Assembly: GCA_013239625.1 (NCBI GenBank)
Contig: MU056050.1
Span: forward strand, 2,900,084-2,964,083
Direction: 5' to 3'
Origin: Lama guanicoe
Taxonomy: Eukaryota
DNA: 64,000 bases
Position 1 is the first letter of the stretch, and every line of letters begins with the position of its first letter. The notes beneath the pieces were generated by a model. It did no database searches, was not told the origin of the DNA, and worked only from the letters and a program-made list of their open reading frames with translations. Below, one piece after another: positions 23,601 to 38,037 of the stretch. The translations under genes were made by a program, and so were the position numbers.

Positions 23601-26600
23601 TCGCAGCATGAACCCACATACAAGGACAGAGGAAGAGCAATACCCACTGCGGGCCAGTGGTAACAGAAAACTAGTAAACGTGAACTAGCAAAGACTATCT
23701 AGCACTGAGAGAGTTTATTAGTCACTAGCTTCCTTGGTGTATCTACTGGCCTGTGAAGCTGCCACGTCCAGAAAATATCCACATAAAATAAAACCATGAT
23801 GTTTGGATTTTAGTGAAGTTGGTTATGACTGACTTTAACCAGAGCTTCTCTGACTCTCTGGAACTGCCACGTTGAAGTCATTATTGTCTAAAAATTTCTC
23901 ATTCTTGTGATTTTTGAGGCTGATTTCATAATGGATTATGCCACTCTCCCATACTTCTTTTGGAGACAGAATTCTGTATTGAATGGTTCATAAGATAGGC
24001 TCATGACAATATTTCCTGTGTGTTTAGAGTTTACTTATAAATAATAATATACTGGGCATTCACAACTAAATATCTCTTATAGTCTCTCTTGCTAGTCTCC
24101 TTGTCAGAAATTGGGATTGCTCCTTCAGAATCCTTTCCCCCTTGATATGGAGTGGGGTGTGTGTTCTGAGGTGGACCAAATGAACACCTGCTCTTCTTAA
24201 TGAACCTCAAGATAAACATCTCTCAACAGGTGTAGCCTTTTGGTAATTGTCTTCTATGTTCCTGTGTTCACTTTTGAAATACACTAACTTTTGCATGAAA
24301 AGAGGACACTCCTGATGACAGCCAACAGAAATGCCTCTTTGAATTGTGTTTCTATTTAATAAAGATGGGTTGGCACTGATTCATGCATTTTCCCTCCTGT
24401 AGTTAATAGAGAGTAAGGCTATGTTCAAAGATAAACTCTGAAATACAGTTAGGCCAATTGGCTCATATCGGGACTTAGCCCAGGATGTTGGCCATCTAAG
24501 CCCTAGATGCTAACCACTGAATTCACCAACCAGGTATTTCTGCATCTTAGAGAGTTTCAGGTTTATTTCAGGTCATGGTGCCTGCCAGGCAAAATGTGTG
24601 GAAGACTGAGTGGTTCAAAAGTAGTTTGCAAGCTTTACATCTTGTGACTTTCCCTGAACTTTGAGGATGCTTCTCCTCTGGTGCTTAATAGTTTTAATAA
24701 GAGCTAACGTGCCATTGTCCTTTGTGTGGAAAGAGGACACTGCTGAGGGAGTTTTATTTATGTGATAAATTATGTTTTCGATATAGCATTGAGCACGGTA
24801 CTTGACTTTTATTTTAAGGCCCTGACAACTCTGGCTCTTTGCTTGTGTGCAGACATTTCAGCAGAATTTGGATGTGCTAGAGTTTAAGATGTTGGCCTGC
24901 TGTTCTCTACTTTTTATATAAACACCCCGAGCTGTCACTTTGGAGGGAGCAATGCAAATATCTCACATAATAGGTTATTATACTTGGATTGTGATTTTAC
25001 CTAAGAGATGTAGGCCTAAAAAGTGCAGTTAAAAAAAAAGAGTTTGAATGAATTTGGAGAAGAGAAATGATTGATATTTAAAGGAACTCTCTGGATAATT
25101 TTATTGTTATGCTTCTCTCAATTTATTATTTTGTTAAATTTGGGTTTTTACATATTAGAGTTTTTTAAAACTGATTGACATGCTTGGAAGCTGAATATCT
25201 TGATAAAAAAAAGAAAAAGGCAAAGCAACTCTTAGACCAAACTTGCTTCAAAAATCCTAGGACACTCCTCTCTTATTATGAATACATCAGCTTCATAACT
25301 TCTTTCGATTTTCCACTTAGCTGGGAGCCTCTTTGTTTTGTCTTGGGAGACTCGTATTCTTAGTATTGACCTAGATAAACTCTGTCTTCTTACTTATCTA
25401 CTTTCATATTTAATTTTTTTGTGAAATTGACCCACCTAGGATGGCTGCAGGCCACCCACTGAATGAGCTGCTTTTTTACCTCTTGATTTCAAAGAGGTGG
25501 AAGATGATCTAAAATCCATACATCTCAAATTCACAGATGTATGAAACTCACACTACATTCCAACCTTAGCTCTCCAGTCAGTGTGACACTTCTTGAAAGT
25601 AGAAAGAAAATGAAGGATTTGGGACACCATTCAGGGACTAGAGCGAACATGCTTTCAGTGCTCTAGATAGAGCTTCATGTCAACATTAAGCAGATGAAAC
25701 ATTCTGCGAAGGTCACAGTAAGTTAAGACCAGTCTCTGGAGCACATGCTTGACAGAGCCCATCAAACTCATCTATAGGTAGCTGCACATGTCCCTGCAAA
25801 AGGTACACCCAGGAACAAAGGACAGAAGGGAAGATTATGCAATTTCTATAGCAGTGCCAAACTTCTTGATCTTTTTAAATCTTAGTTCTGTAAATTATCA
25901 GTTCAATTTTCTATTCTGGGAATGCAAAGTCGAATACTACTACTAGTGCTGCTGCTGCTCCCCCTCCTCTTAATTTATTGAGCACTTATGAGCCAGGTGC
26001 TTTGCTAAGTGATATATATATTATCTCATTTAATCCTCTCAACTTCCCTATTGAGAAAAGTCACATTATCATCCCCATTTACAGATAAGGAATTTTTCCC
26101 AGGGGCCCACATTGAGCAAGTGGGGGAGCTGGGATTCAAAACACAGGTGGTCTATGTTCTCAGCTGTTATACTTTACTGACATTTTATATTAATATTACT
26201 GTAAAGGAGAGTCTACCCTAGACGCCTGGTTTTGTCTCTTGCACCCTCTATTAAAGGATTGGAGGAAAGTCTGGCTCTCCTTTGCAGTTCCAGAAGGGGT
26301 TTTCCTGCATTCGACAGAGCAAGGACAGGAGGTTTGGACTGAATGAGCAATAAATAACACTATCCAGGAAGGCATTTAAATTAGAGACTGACAACCGCAG
26401 ATATTACAAAATCAGAATAACCACCTTGCAGACTTATTTTGTTCTTGTGTCCTCCCAATTTTAGTAAGTATATGACAAATCAACAGAAAATATTTCCTGA
26501 AGATGCCAGTTAACATCTTACATCATCCCTTATATTTGTAAAGCAGTTCATACTTTTCCAAGTGCTTTCACATTAAAAATAAGTGAGGACACGTAATCAA

Positions 26601-27919
26601 CAATTGGGTCATTTATTGAATTAGCCTTCATAAGGAGGAATAATTAACCGGCTCTAAAATTCTAGTGTCTGTTTTCCAAGTGTAGTGAGGAATCTGAAAT
26701 TATAGAGAAATCTCTTTTGGGTCAAGAAGTAGATAAAAGTGACTTTAATTTTTTCTATATTGCCATATTTCAGAAGAGAACAGAATAAATGATTCAAAAT
26801 GATGTTCTTTTCCTGAAATATAGAAATGGCAACTAAAAGCATTGTTTATTTAGTACTATTATGTAATCTTCAGCCCTAAAGGCTAATGGATCACTCGTTC
26901 ACAGGTGAGTAATGTCGAGTGCCACCAGGGACTCCTAAAGACACATTTTTTTTAAAGGTTCTTGGTGCTCCTGTCACATCAGAGTCTGAACAACATTAAC
27001 TGCCATCTCACGCTCTGTGACAGCATAATTTGATTGCTATATAGATGCAGGCTTGTGCCACCTTCTTTCCACATGCCACTCACCCAGCTGGCGGGGCGAA
27101 GGAACACATAAAAGCCAAGATTACATGTAATGCCATATGACCTCTCTCTTCCCTTTGGATCAACACTAACGATTTACAGTTGCAAATGGCTTTCAAAAAA
27201 CAAAGCTCTTTCATATTTGTTTTCTTGTTTAACTATCACCACAGCCTTGGGAGACAATACCGATTTTTAGCCCACTTTCTACTGTTGTGGAAGCTCAGAC
27301 ACAGAGACTTTAAGTAACTTGCCTGAGATTGCACTGTTAATAAATGACAGAATCTGGATTCACACTCAGGATGTTATTTCTACTAGACATGCCACCTTAG
27401 TCAAAGGGAAGTGGGTGATTAGGAAATTGTCCAGAGAACTTTGGTAAAATATGGCCTTGTACTCCCAAAGAAGTACATAAGTTTTTCCAGCTTATAAATG
27501 TGTCTGATAGGAAGTTTGCTCATTTTTATTCAATAGTCATCACTTTCTAATTTAAACACTTTCACGTTGAAGGTTATTGATATATTGAGCTCTTTGAGAA
27601 GAGCATGCCCAAGTTAGCAGCATCTTCCTGCCATGGTTGGTGTGAACTGAGCTCCCTCTTTACCTGGAGAGAGTAGCGCTTCCCCCACCCCCACTTCTTT
27701 TATGGTATGATCCTTTGGATCAGTGAGAGGGACTGGCTGTGACTGATGTGGGTTGACGGAGTGCATGTGGCTCAAACGAGTAGAGCAGAACATTGCTGAC
27801 TTAGAATGCTTACATCTGGACTGCTGCAACGGCCAACTGCTGAACAGTTAGACTGCTGCACTATTGACATTGTCCAGGTATGAGAACAGGGAATGAAAAC
27901 GGAGGTTTGGTCGGTATGA

Positions 27920-28320
27920 GTTTATTATTATTATTGTAAAAAAAAAAAACCCTCACACATTAAAGGTACCATCTTAACCATTCTTAAAAGTACAGTTCAG
28001 TTGTGTTGAGTATATTCATATTGTTGTGCAACAGATCTCTAGAGCTTTTTCATCTTGCAATAGTGAACTCTATACCCATTAAAGATGAATTCCCTCTCCC
28101 CACCCCTTGGTATCCAACCTTGCTATTTTCTGTTTCTATGATTCTGATGACTTTAGCTACTTCATCTGAGTGGACTCATACAGTATTTGTCTTTTTTGTG
28201 ACTGGTTTATTTCGCTTTGCATAGTGCTCTCAAGGTTCATCCGTGATGTAGGACAAGGTTCCCTTCTTTTTAAAGGCTGAATAATATTCCATTGGATGGA
28301 TGTATCAGATTTTCTTTCTC
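27920..28320 (-). mobile_element. L1MB-like 3' fragment
   Basis: 'accatcttaaccattcttaaaagtacagttcag...ttgttgtgcaacagatctctagagc' and 'aaggctgaataatattccattg'. Confidence 0.75.
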
Positions 28321-30199
28321 CTGACATGAGTTTTAATGCCATTCAATTCATTAGCTGGTGGTCACTATAGAAGTAGTTGATTCATTTGGTTAAACTAACC
28401 ATGACCGAATAGGATAAAGTAAATGGCTGGCACAAGGGCTACCAAATAACTTTTCTGGTTTCATTTTACTACTCCCTGGGCCTCATTAATCTGCTATTTG
28501 AGCCATTCTCCACTCCCTAAACTTCTCTTATCCCTTTTGTCACTTGTCTTTTACTCCCACCTAGTGTCCCTGCTGCCCATTGGTATTGCTGACCAATGAT
28601 GTTTACGATATTTTAGATAACTTGCTTTCATCTTCCCTGTCTTGTCATTTACCTGCAACTCACTCCTTTCTACTACATATCCCTTGGTCTGAATTGTCTG
28701 GAGTGTGGCCATGAATCTTTGCTTTGCTTTGACAGTGAGCTAGGTTCCAAAGTCCCTGAAGCATTGGGAGGGTGTGGTGGGGGTGAAGGTGGTGAGATTT
28801 TCATCTCTGGTGGCAAGAACTTTTAAAATAAACTTTTTTCCCCCCCTGGGAGATCCCTTTATTCAAGCAAACTTATTATAATTCAGATTTTCTTGATTCC
28901 CTACAGAGCTTCACAAAATTCAGAAGTCTGTCCCTGCAGGGAATTTCGCTTGTAATGGCCTTCATTCGAAAGATCTAATTCTGTTCTCTTTCAGTGTGCA
29001 CATGGGAGAGTGATGGAAGTGCACAAAGAAAGGCAGGTAACCCCTGAAGAACTTAAGTTTCAATATCATCCATATCACTCAGGGTGATGGAGGACATTCT
29101 GTAGACATGAAAGGGTTGGCAGGGGAGAGAGGAAGAGACAATGAGAGACATTAGGCAAGAGTTTAAAAAGGGGAAAAGAAGGTACCTTTTCTGTACTGAA
29201 ACTACTGTTTCTTTTCTTTGTTCTCCCCTGATTGCTGTAACTTTTCATGCCTGAATGTTATTATATGTAGTTTTCAAAACAACAGAAAATGCTGAATCCA
29301 CTTGTATACAATTGAATTGACATGTAGATTTCAAAGAGGAGGCTTTCTATTTTCCCTTCTATCCAGCTGTGGTTAGTTTATTTGAGGCTTGCAAAAAACT
29401 TAAAGAACAACAGAAAACAGCTTTTTCAGGTATGCAGAGAGCTGAAGACTACTGGGGAAGGAAGGCAAAGGTCTGCTGCTTGGGGCAGGTGGTATCATGC
29501 CGATGGATGAGAGAGAGGAAAGCTTTATTTTCTTTGTTAAGAGAATGACCCCAAAGAACACTGATTCAAAGTTACTGAAGTCCAAGATGAGTGAAGGGAC
29601 TATAAAACAGCACCAAACTTCTTTAACCGGCTTTTACGATTATTTAGAAATACTGAGCAGTAGATGTGCTAGAAGATTAGTGGCGGTTAAACATGGTTCT
29701 GACCTGGAGGAGAATCTGAAGATGTGCCCCACAAACTGCAGGGAGGGAATCTGACACTTATTTGGGAAGGATCCTGGAATGTGTTATTAAACAGTTGTTT
29801 CTTAGTTCTTAGATAAGGAAGTGCTGTTTGTGGATACTATGACTGGAAGCAAATTATGTCAAGGGAGTCTTATGTCCTTTCAAACAGAGTTACCAACTTG
29901 GTAAGGTTTCTCATGATCCCTTTGTGGATAAGCTGGGGGTAATACAGGTGAGGGTAGTAGCTTTCAAGCTTATTTTAACTGTGACCCTCCGTAAGAATTA
30001 TATCTTACACCATTATTCAGGATATACAATTGAAATAAAAATTTCATGAAACAATACTCACTTACCCTTACAACACATGATGCACTTTGATTTCTTTTTG
30101 TTCTATCTCATTGTTATTGAAAACTAGTCATAGGACATTACATTGATTTCCTGGTCCACTATGAATCACAACCCATAGGTGATAGTTCAAACAGATGGA

Positions 30200-31630
30200 T
30201 TAACAGTCTAACAGATAACTAGTCTAGTGGTGCCACAGTTTCCTCGTGGCCTCTCTAGCCATCAGTTTTATCAGGGATGAAGACATAGAGGGCATTCATC
30301 AAATCCATAGGTGACACAAGGCTTGGGAAGTGTAGTGAAGATATTGGATAAGAGCAGAATACAAAGATGTGGACTGCATCTAATGAGAAGGAAGTGAACG
30401 CAGACTAATGTAAGATCCTGCACTATGATGCACATGTAGTATGAGTAAGTATTGTTTCATGAAACTTTTACTTCAATTGGATATCCTGAATAATGGTGTA
30501 AAATACAATTCTTCCTGAGGGTCACAGTCAAAACAAGCAAATAACCAACTGTGCAAGTAGAAGATGAGGAGATGGATGGAAGACATGAGCATTTTTAGTC
30601 CCTGTAATCACATCATTTCAAAAGTGTCCAAAAATCCAACTCTAGTTTAACTGTGGGTTCTTAATCCGTGTTCTTTCTTTCTCTAATATTTTGCAAAAGT
30701 ACCTTGTTGGGGGGTCACCATGCAAATTAATGTCAGGTGGGAGTGAGCCTGAATAGGGAAGGTTCTTGTTTGAATCTGCTGTTTGCATCAGTTTTATAGC
30801 TGGAGACTTCTTTTGTTTGAAGTAAAAGTTCTTTGGCAAAGGTCCTTTTGAAAACCACCAGGCAAAACGAACAGAAGCGGAGACTGTAGAAAGAGAGTTG
30901 TCATGGTCCCCATTCTAACTCTGAGTTAGTCAGAGCACATTTTATTCATTTCTGGACGCCTCACTTCCAAAGAGATATAGCTAAATGGATGGGAACACGT
31001 TCAGAAAAGAGTGAGGGGAATGGTGAAGGAACTCAAAACCATGGCAAGTGAGATCCCATTAAATGAATTGGGGATGTGACTCAGTCGTTCATATATATTG
31101 AGAAGCCTGTGATGTGGAAGAGGCAGTCTGATAGTTTGGTGAAAATAATGTGAACTTTGGCATCAGGTCAACCAGGTTCAAATTTCAACTCTGCCCCTTA
31201 TTGGTCGTGTGATCTTGACCAAGTTTCTCAACTCCTCTGAATCTTGTTTCTCATGTTTATTAAAAATAGAGGAACATAATACTTCCTCTGAAGGACTGTC
31301 ATGAGAATTGAATAAGATAATATGTATGAAAGTACTCAGTATATAGTGCTTGGTTTAGTAATATGTTTATTTCACAGAATACAGAGTAAATTCATACCAC
31401 AAGGCCTAAGGAGTTGCAGTAAGACTAGGTGGTGAAAGTTAAAGGAAGTCTAAAAAGTTGAAGTTAAAGGGATCCCAGAAGAGCTTTCCATCAGTCAGAG
31501 ACATTCAAGGATGACAGGAGCTGCCGGGCAGAGGCAGTGAGTTCCCTATCCCAAGGAGCATTTGAGGAGAGGTTGGGCTATTACCACGTGGTGAGAATAC
31601 TCTGGAGGGAATTCCAGCATCAAATGACTG
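30200..31630 (+). mobile_element. Highly degraded L3/CR1 fragments with nested MIR (~31120-31370)
   Basis: CR1-like 'ttcagaaaagagtgaggggaatggtgaaggaactcaaaaccatg' and 'gcagtgagttccctatccc'; MIR core at 31160-31330. Confidence 0.45.
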
Positions 31631-34600
31631 GGAGGAGGAGTATAATTCGGAGTAGACTAGCTCAGTAGATTGATGCATGGGGTCAAAGTTGGCTCCTCCA
31701 ATGAACCAGATACTGCTCTTCTTTCATAACCATGAATGATGCCTCCTTCCACCTGTTAGACTCATCTGATAAATGAGAGCTTTTGGGAACCACCGAGGAG
31801 TATACAGATGATCCAACAAGCTTACATGGAGGACTGGCTAGGTACTGGATACTCAGATAAACACCTCAAAGAGTGTACATTATGGACTGTGGGTCAATGG
31901 GATTATCTGCATGCAAAAGGTCTATGTTGCTGGTGTATGTGCTATTAGGCTGGCTCCAAGGAGTAAATTAACTCTGAAATTTGCTAGTGCACCAAGAGAC
32001 TTGGTCTTACTCCCATTTCCACCCCAGTCAGGCACGAGATGGAAGTGAATTACCAGAGCAGGATGATTCAAAAGCAGCAACGTAAAGAGCCCAATCTCTT
32101 CATAATCAACTCATCTCCTGAAGTGAAAGGCCTGGTTGTTTACAGCTGTGCTTACAAAGGGCAGTTACGCTTCAGAGTTTATACTGAGAGTTCAGTTTCA
32201 CATTTCAGTAAATCAAAAAAAAAAAGATATTGATTTTGAACAAGTGGCTGATTTTATTGTCAAAGCAAATTTCATTTCTTAAGATGATTAGATTTTATTA
32301 AACTGTTTCCTAAGTGCCACAAAACACACTTTCTGTGAATAAACAGCATACTCCTCAATCAAATGACATTTGACATCCACTAAATACCATAGTATTTGGT
32401 CATCTCCAATTGTCACTGAAAATTTAGAAGTGGGAGAACTGCATACTGGGGGGTCAGAAAGTTTGTGCTCAAATCTTGGTCGTATCACTTAATAACTCTG
32501 TGGTCATAGCACAGCACATAATCCTTCTGACTACCAGTTTTCTTCTCTGTAGATAGGGATCATAATACCCACTTCTCAAGGGTGGTTGGGTTGTGGAGAT
32601 AAAATGGGACATTTAGCATAGTTCCTGGCATACAAGTAAGCTCTCAGTAAGTGGTAGCAGTTATTATTAGAATTAGTGTGGGGAGGGCATTTATAATGTG
32701 CTGAGCATCGGGGCAGGCTTTTGACGGTTGATTCTTCCCAGTCGTTCAGGTTTGCCTCGGGAAAGTGCAGAAGACAAAAGCTTCACCTCCCAGCTTCCAG
32801 AGTCACCATGCTAGCGCAAATGGGCCTTCTCTTGTGGGGGAGTTTTTGGTTTTGAAATATAAGGAAAGTAACAAGAAACTTGAGGAACTGGATTTTATTT
32901 CTGTAGGGAACCCGTGATGTTGGAAGGGACCTTGAGAAAACAGTTGATCCAGCTTCCTTACTCCAGAGAAGACTGTATTTCAAACATTCATCAATTATTG
33001 CTATCCAACATTTGCTTTAAAAGTTTCAAAAGCTGGGGACGCTATAAGCTCTCTGGATAATGTATGGTGCTGCCACATAGTCTTAGAATCAGTAAGCTCT
33101 TCATAAGGGTCTGATTCAAATCCTCATGCTGCAGCACAGGCCTCTATTTTCTCTCGTATCTGTGCCTGTCAGCAGAATCTGTGTGCTCTCATTTAGACAT
33201 TTGTCTCCACCCTCACCCATCAATATATTTTGATTTACTGAAATATGAAACTGAGCACTGGGTAAGCTCAGCTGGATCACTGCAAGTACTACTATAAACA
33301 ACTGGGGCTTTGCTCGTGGAAGGTGTTATGAAGTTCCCTACTCAGCTGTCCTTCCTGTAGCCCAAGCCAGTCCATGTGCTTAAGTAAAGTCACGGGAAAC
33401 CTAGGTCCCCAATCTGCCACAGTTGTCTAAACACAAGGGAAAGGCTGGCCGCAGAGGCCGAGCATCTGGGAAGCTGTGGCACATGCTGGCTTCCTCCTGG
33501 TGGATGTTCCAGCTGCTCACCCATATAATTTCATTCAGTGTCCTCCAGCTTTCGTCCCCCTCCGCCACACCTGGGTGGCGACTCGCACGCATCTGGTAGC
33601 TGATTTGCTTCCATGCCAAAACCTCCCCTTCCCAGCTGAACATCTCAAAAGAGAGATCTATTTTCACTTTCTTCATTTCCTCACCTCCCACTCTACCACT
33701 GCGATCTGACTCTAATTAATTAGCGCTCTACCAAAGGCACTCTTATCAGAGTCACAAATGCTGTCACACCAAATGGCTTCTTTAAAAAAAGCCATCTTAT
33801 TTTCCATGACCTATAAGCAGCATTAACCATTATTAACCATTCCCTTCCTTTCTCGCCTAGTTTTCTTAATCCAGATTGTTGATACTTTAGGTTTGGCCAT
33901 TATCATTACTTGCTTATGTAACCTGCATGAAGCTGAGCAGCTTCAGGGTCAGGGTCATTACAGGGTTGTGTCCCAAGGAAATTTCATCTGAACCCCCCAC
34001 AAAAAATAAAACCCCACAAAACATTAGAAGGCAATTTAATTTCTACTGAAGCTTCTTGTAAAGGTGCTTACCATTTGTATATTGATATGTTCTGCTCCTG
34101 TCACACCTGTCTCACTTCAACTGTCTCTTAAGTGGTCTCCCTGCCTCTAACACTGTTTCCTTCCCCTCAATTCTCTACACTACAGCTATATACTATTATA
34201 CTAATTCACATTAAAAAAATGCATTTCCCTGCTTCATGCTATCATTGGCTCCCCATTGTCCACTGGATAAAACTGGAACTTGATCATGCTTAGGAGGTCC
34301 TTCGCCATATTGTCCCCACTCACCCCTCAGCTTCATCTCTTACTACTCCTTTATATTCTCTGCACCATCATGTCTTTTTTGGCATCAGTATGTATGTTAA
34401 CTGTGCCTGCTGAGCACTTACGATTAATTTCCAAAGAACACAGTCTATCATGGGAAACTAGTTGGACACATGCTTGGCAACAGAGTGGATTACATATTAA
34501 ACGTGGTGATGTCAAATTTCAGTAAGGGAATGAGGCAGTGAAGATTAGAACCATTAGGGTAGGGTCTGTGGAAGAAGTGAGGTGTGAGGAGGGTGGGGTC

Positions 34601-34918
34601 GGGGCTTTGGACCAGCAGAGGAAATTCCAGACTGAAGTAATGGGGCCGTGAGAAGCAGGCCCCTACTACAGACGGAAGATCATAATCTGCACACTAAAGT
34701 AGAGATCAGTACGGACTCTGTTCTGTACCAGCCTAAGAGGAAAAATTCTAGTTACTCTTTGGGGTGATGTAAGCACACAGTAGGAAGTGATGAACAGAAG
34801 CAGAGACAGCAGCCAAGTAATTTGGACATGAATCCTGCTTTCTCTCCCAGTCCATCCTGCTGGTTTCTAACACCCATCTTGCCCTACTGCACGCATCTCC
34901 CTCACCCCCTAACTAATG

Positions 34919-35048
34919 TTTTTTTGGGGGGGGAGGGGTGAGGTAATTATGTTTATTTATTTATTTATTTTAATGGAGGTACTGGGGATTGAACCTAGGA
35001 CCTTGTGCATGTTAAGCACACACCCTACCACTGAGCTATACCCTCCCC
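34919..35048 (-). mobile_element. tRNA-Ala-derived SINE (Vic-1-like, camelid)
   Basis: Reverse complement reads ggggagggtatagctcagtggtagggtgtgtgcttaacatgcacaaggtcctaggttcaatccccagtacctcca, then (taaa)n, 'taattacctcacccc' and an A tail. Confidence 0.85.
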
Positions 35049-35894
35049 ACCTGCCCCCAAATACTGTTTTACTACGGCTGATATTGTATAAGGAAAAGGG
35101 AAGGGGGATGCTTTCAAGGAAACTGAGGCTTGGAATGAAATGCTATAATGAAACTAAGACTCTGTCTCCTAGTCACCAGGCTCCTGTTCAGTGAGCTGCT
35201 TTACATCCCAAACTGAAAGGGATGAGGTAGCTTTTATGGTGGCATTTCCTGCTTGCAAAGTGTCGTGTGAAAAAGAACCCTTCTCATGGGGATGAGGATC
35301 ATATGTTTGCTCTATTTAGGCAGAGAATTCTCTTTTCAGCATAACTCTTCCACACAGAAACAGATAAATTGTTTACAGTTGATTGATTGCAATACTAAGT
35401 GTCCTATTTTAAGTTAAAAATATCCCACAAGTGAATCATACACGTGCATCTCCTCTCGTCATCCCCCTCTTCCCTACAAACACATTCACACCCTTCCTGA
35501 CTGCCATAAATAATGCTCCTTTCTCTCCCCTCCTGTGGGAGTTTGCATCATGGAAAGTTAGGCTGCTCTAGGACTTGATAGCCCGATCCACTCAAATCTC
35601 TCATTCATTTTGTCAGTTTTCCAGGCCTTTCAAATCCTATTTTACTTTTGTAATTGACTCTATTTGACCATCTTTGGAGTTTCTGGGGTGAGGCAGGGGC
35701 ACATAGAGAAGAAACCCACAAATAAGCACATGTCTAGTGCTTTATAGAGATGTATGTGTGTGGAGGATGGAGATGGGAGGGGATATCAGAGCTAACGGAC
35801 TAAAGCAGGGCTTCTGGATGACTGTGTTCACTTTACTTTCTTTGTTATCCTAGGTGTCAGGTGGTATGAAGAGTGAAGCAACAAGAACATCCTA

Positions 35895-36245
35895 ACTGTG
35901 GAGAACACTGCTGGTTGCCTACCCAGCAGTAATCCTCCATTCCTCGCTAGCAGAACCCTGCTTTGGATTCAAGAATTAGGTAGCAATATGCTCAGGGAGG
36001 GTGAGACCGACCCAGTTCCAGAGAGACTGAGTCCATTTTGGAGATTCCAGTCCCCCTTTGCCAGTGACTGGTGAAGACACGGGCATGTGAATTGATTTTG
36101 GCCAATGTGACACAGGAACAAAATCTGCTTGCATCTTTGCCTACCTTTGGCCATCTCACTCTGTGAGATAATGAAACCTTATTGTTTAAACCACTTTTAG
36201 TTAAGTGTCTTATTTACTTGCAGTCAAAACCATCCTCTCTGATAC
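35895..36245 (+). mobile_element. Old MLT1 (I/J-like) LTR
   Basis: 'tgtggagaacactgctggttgcctaccc...ggccaatgtgacac...attgtttaaaccactttt...tttacttgcagtcaaaaccatcc'. Confidence 0.6.
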
Positions 36246-37078
36246 ACTTATCAGTCCTAAAACTCTCAACTTATACTGTAATTCATTTGAAAAGATAAAT
36301 AAATAATCTACTTCATCAGAATCACAGATTCATGGAATGTTAGAGTTTGAAAGTCTCTTTGATGACTGTCTAGTCTATTTCCCTCATTTTACACACCCAT
36401 CTCTTGTGTCTGTGGACCAGGAAAGGCATCCGCAGGGCACTGGGGCTGTGCTGTATGTGCTATGATCACCACATGTCTAATCCTGATCAAGGAGAATTCT
36501 GGTAAAACTGGAATTGGGGCTCAGATGGGAACTACACTGGATTTTCCCTTTTATTCTCACTGGTGAAAAGCTTTCCTAAATAAATGGAAAATAAATCTCA
36601 GAGGGAATGCTGCTTTTACTGAAAAAAACTTTCAAGCACCCTAGAAATAGCTATTTACATACACATGAATAACAAGTCACGCACATACTTTCATTAAAAA
36701 AGGTTTCTAAAGACTTTAGCAGTTAGTACTTTTCCAAATGTGAGCTATTGTATTATTTTAAAATAATAAAATTATGTATCTTGGAAAATATTCAATAAAT
36801 AAATTCAATTGACCTTACCCTCCAACTGACTCAAATTTGAGAGACTTTAATTTTCATGCCAACTTTCCACCTAACATTACTCCCATCCTAGCTCACCATT
36901 TTCTCCCCACTGAGTTTTTCGGAGGAGGCAGAAAGTAACTTAAGTAGAGAAACTTCTGCTATCTGGTGTTATAACAGATACGCCAGGCTTCCTTTCTACC
37001 TAATTTCTGTATGAGAAAATTGTTATCCATTTCCATGATGCCAAATGGTGATAGCGCTTGAAAACCAGTGGTGCCTAC

Positions 37079-37233
37079 CTGAGTGATGTCCATTCCTGAG
37101 TCACAGCTCAGCGGCTGTGTGGAAGTCAGGCCGTTTGAGCCGATTACGGTTGTGATCACAGCATTCTCATCAATTCTCCGAATCATAGTCCCATCCACAA
37201 AGTAAATGAATCCATGCCTATCAACTGTGATGC
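37079..37233 (-). CDS. TENM1: Teneurin-1 coding exon (155 nt, phase 1 to 0): (G)ITVDRHGFIYFVDGTMIRRIDENAVITTVIGSNGLTSTQPLSCDSGMDITQ
   Basis: Acceptor ctaatgctcatttgctctccccaccag|GCATC; donor ACTCAG|gtaggc. NHL repeat sequence contiguous with the flanking exons. Confidence 0.96.
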
Positions 37234-38037
37234 CTGGTGGGGAGAGCAAATGAGCATTAGTAGTCTAGAGGGCCACGTTTGCACCAAGATCAGTATTTTG
37301 AAAGAAGCCATAGAAATGGAAAGCCATTTTAAAGACATATGGATTCAATTTTGCTCAGCACAGACAGGACAGTAATGGGAGAGGTTTGTTTAGATACACA
37401 TTCACTTCTTTGTGTATTGAGAAGAGATGACAAAATGTAACACACAGAGATAAAGCCAGGTCTAACCATTTTGTTGTCCAGTTTTACATTTCCACCCTGC
37501 TCCCATTCTTGCTTACTTTTCCGTTTTGCTTACCCGACAAACAGAAAAAAAAATCCCCTTTAAGACAAATGGGAAAACACAGGGGAGGCAGTGTATGTTC
37601 CATTTCTTTCAGAGTGCAGACGCATAGGCCACAGCTTATTTTCATAGTAGTATTAGAAATAACTGACTTGGAAAGCATTAAAATTATTTGCATCAATTCA
37701 CACTCAGTTAACAGAGTTTGTAATAATTGTGATAAACTGAACTGAGTTTTTTCTCTGTATTATCTGTTAAGAGGGGAGCTGGAGAGCAAAATTATGGTTT
37801 CACAAAAGGAGTGGTTAAACTTCTAGAAAAAAACCAATAAAATTCTCATAATAGTCTTACATAATGTGTTAATTACAACTTGGTTTCTTGGAAAATACAT
37901 AATAGCAGTTAGAAGGCGGGTTCTTATACTGAATACACCACTTACAACTGATGTGTGACTTTGATTGAGTCATTCGTCTCTCCAAATTTCAGCCTCCTTT
38001 TTGGTAAAATATAGAAATGGTTATCTGACTGGGATAT

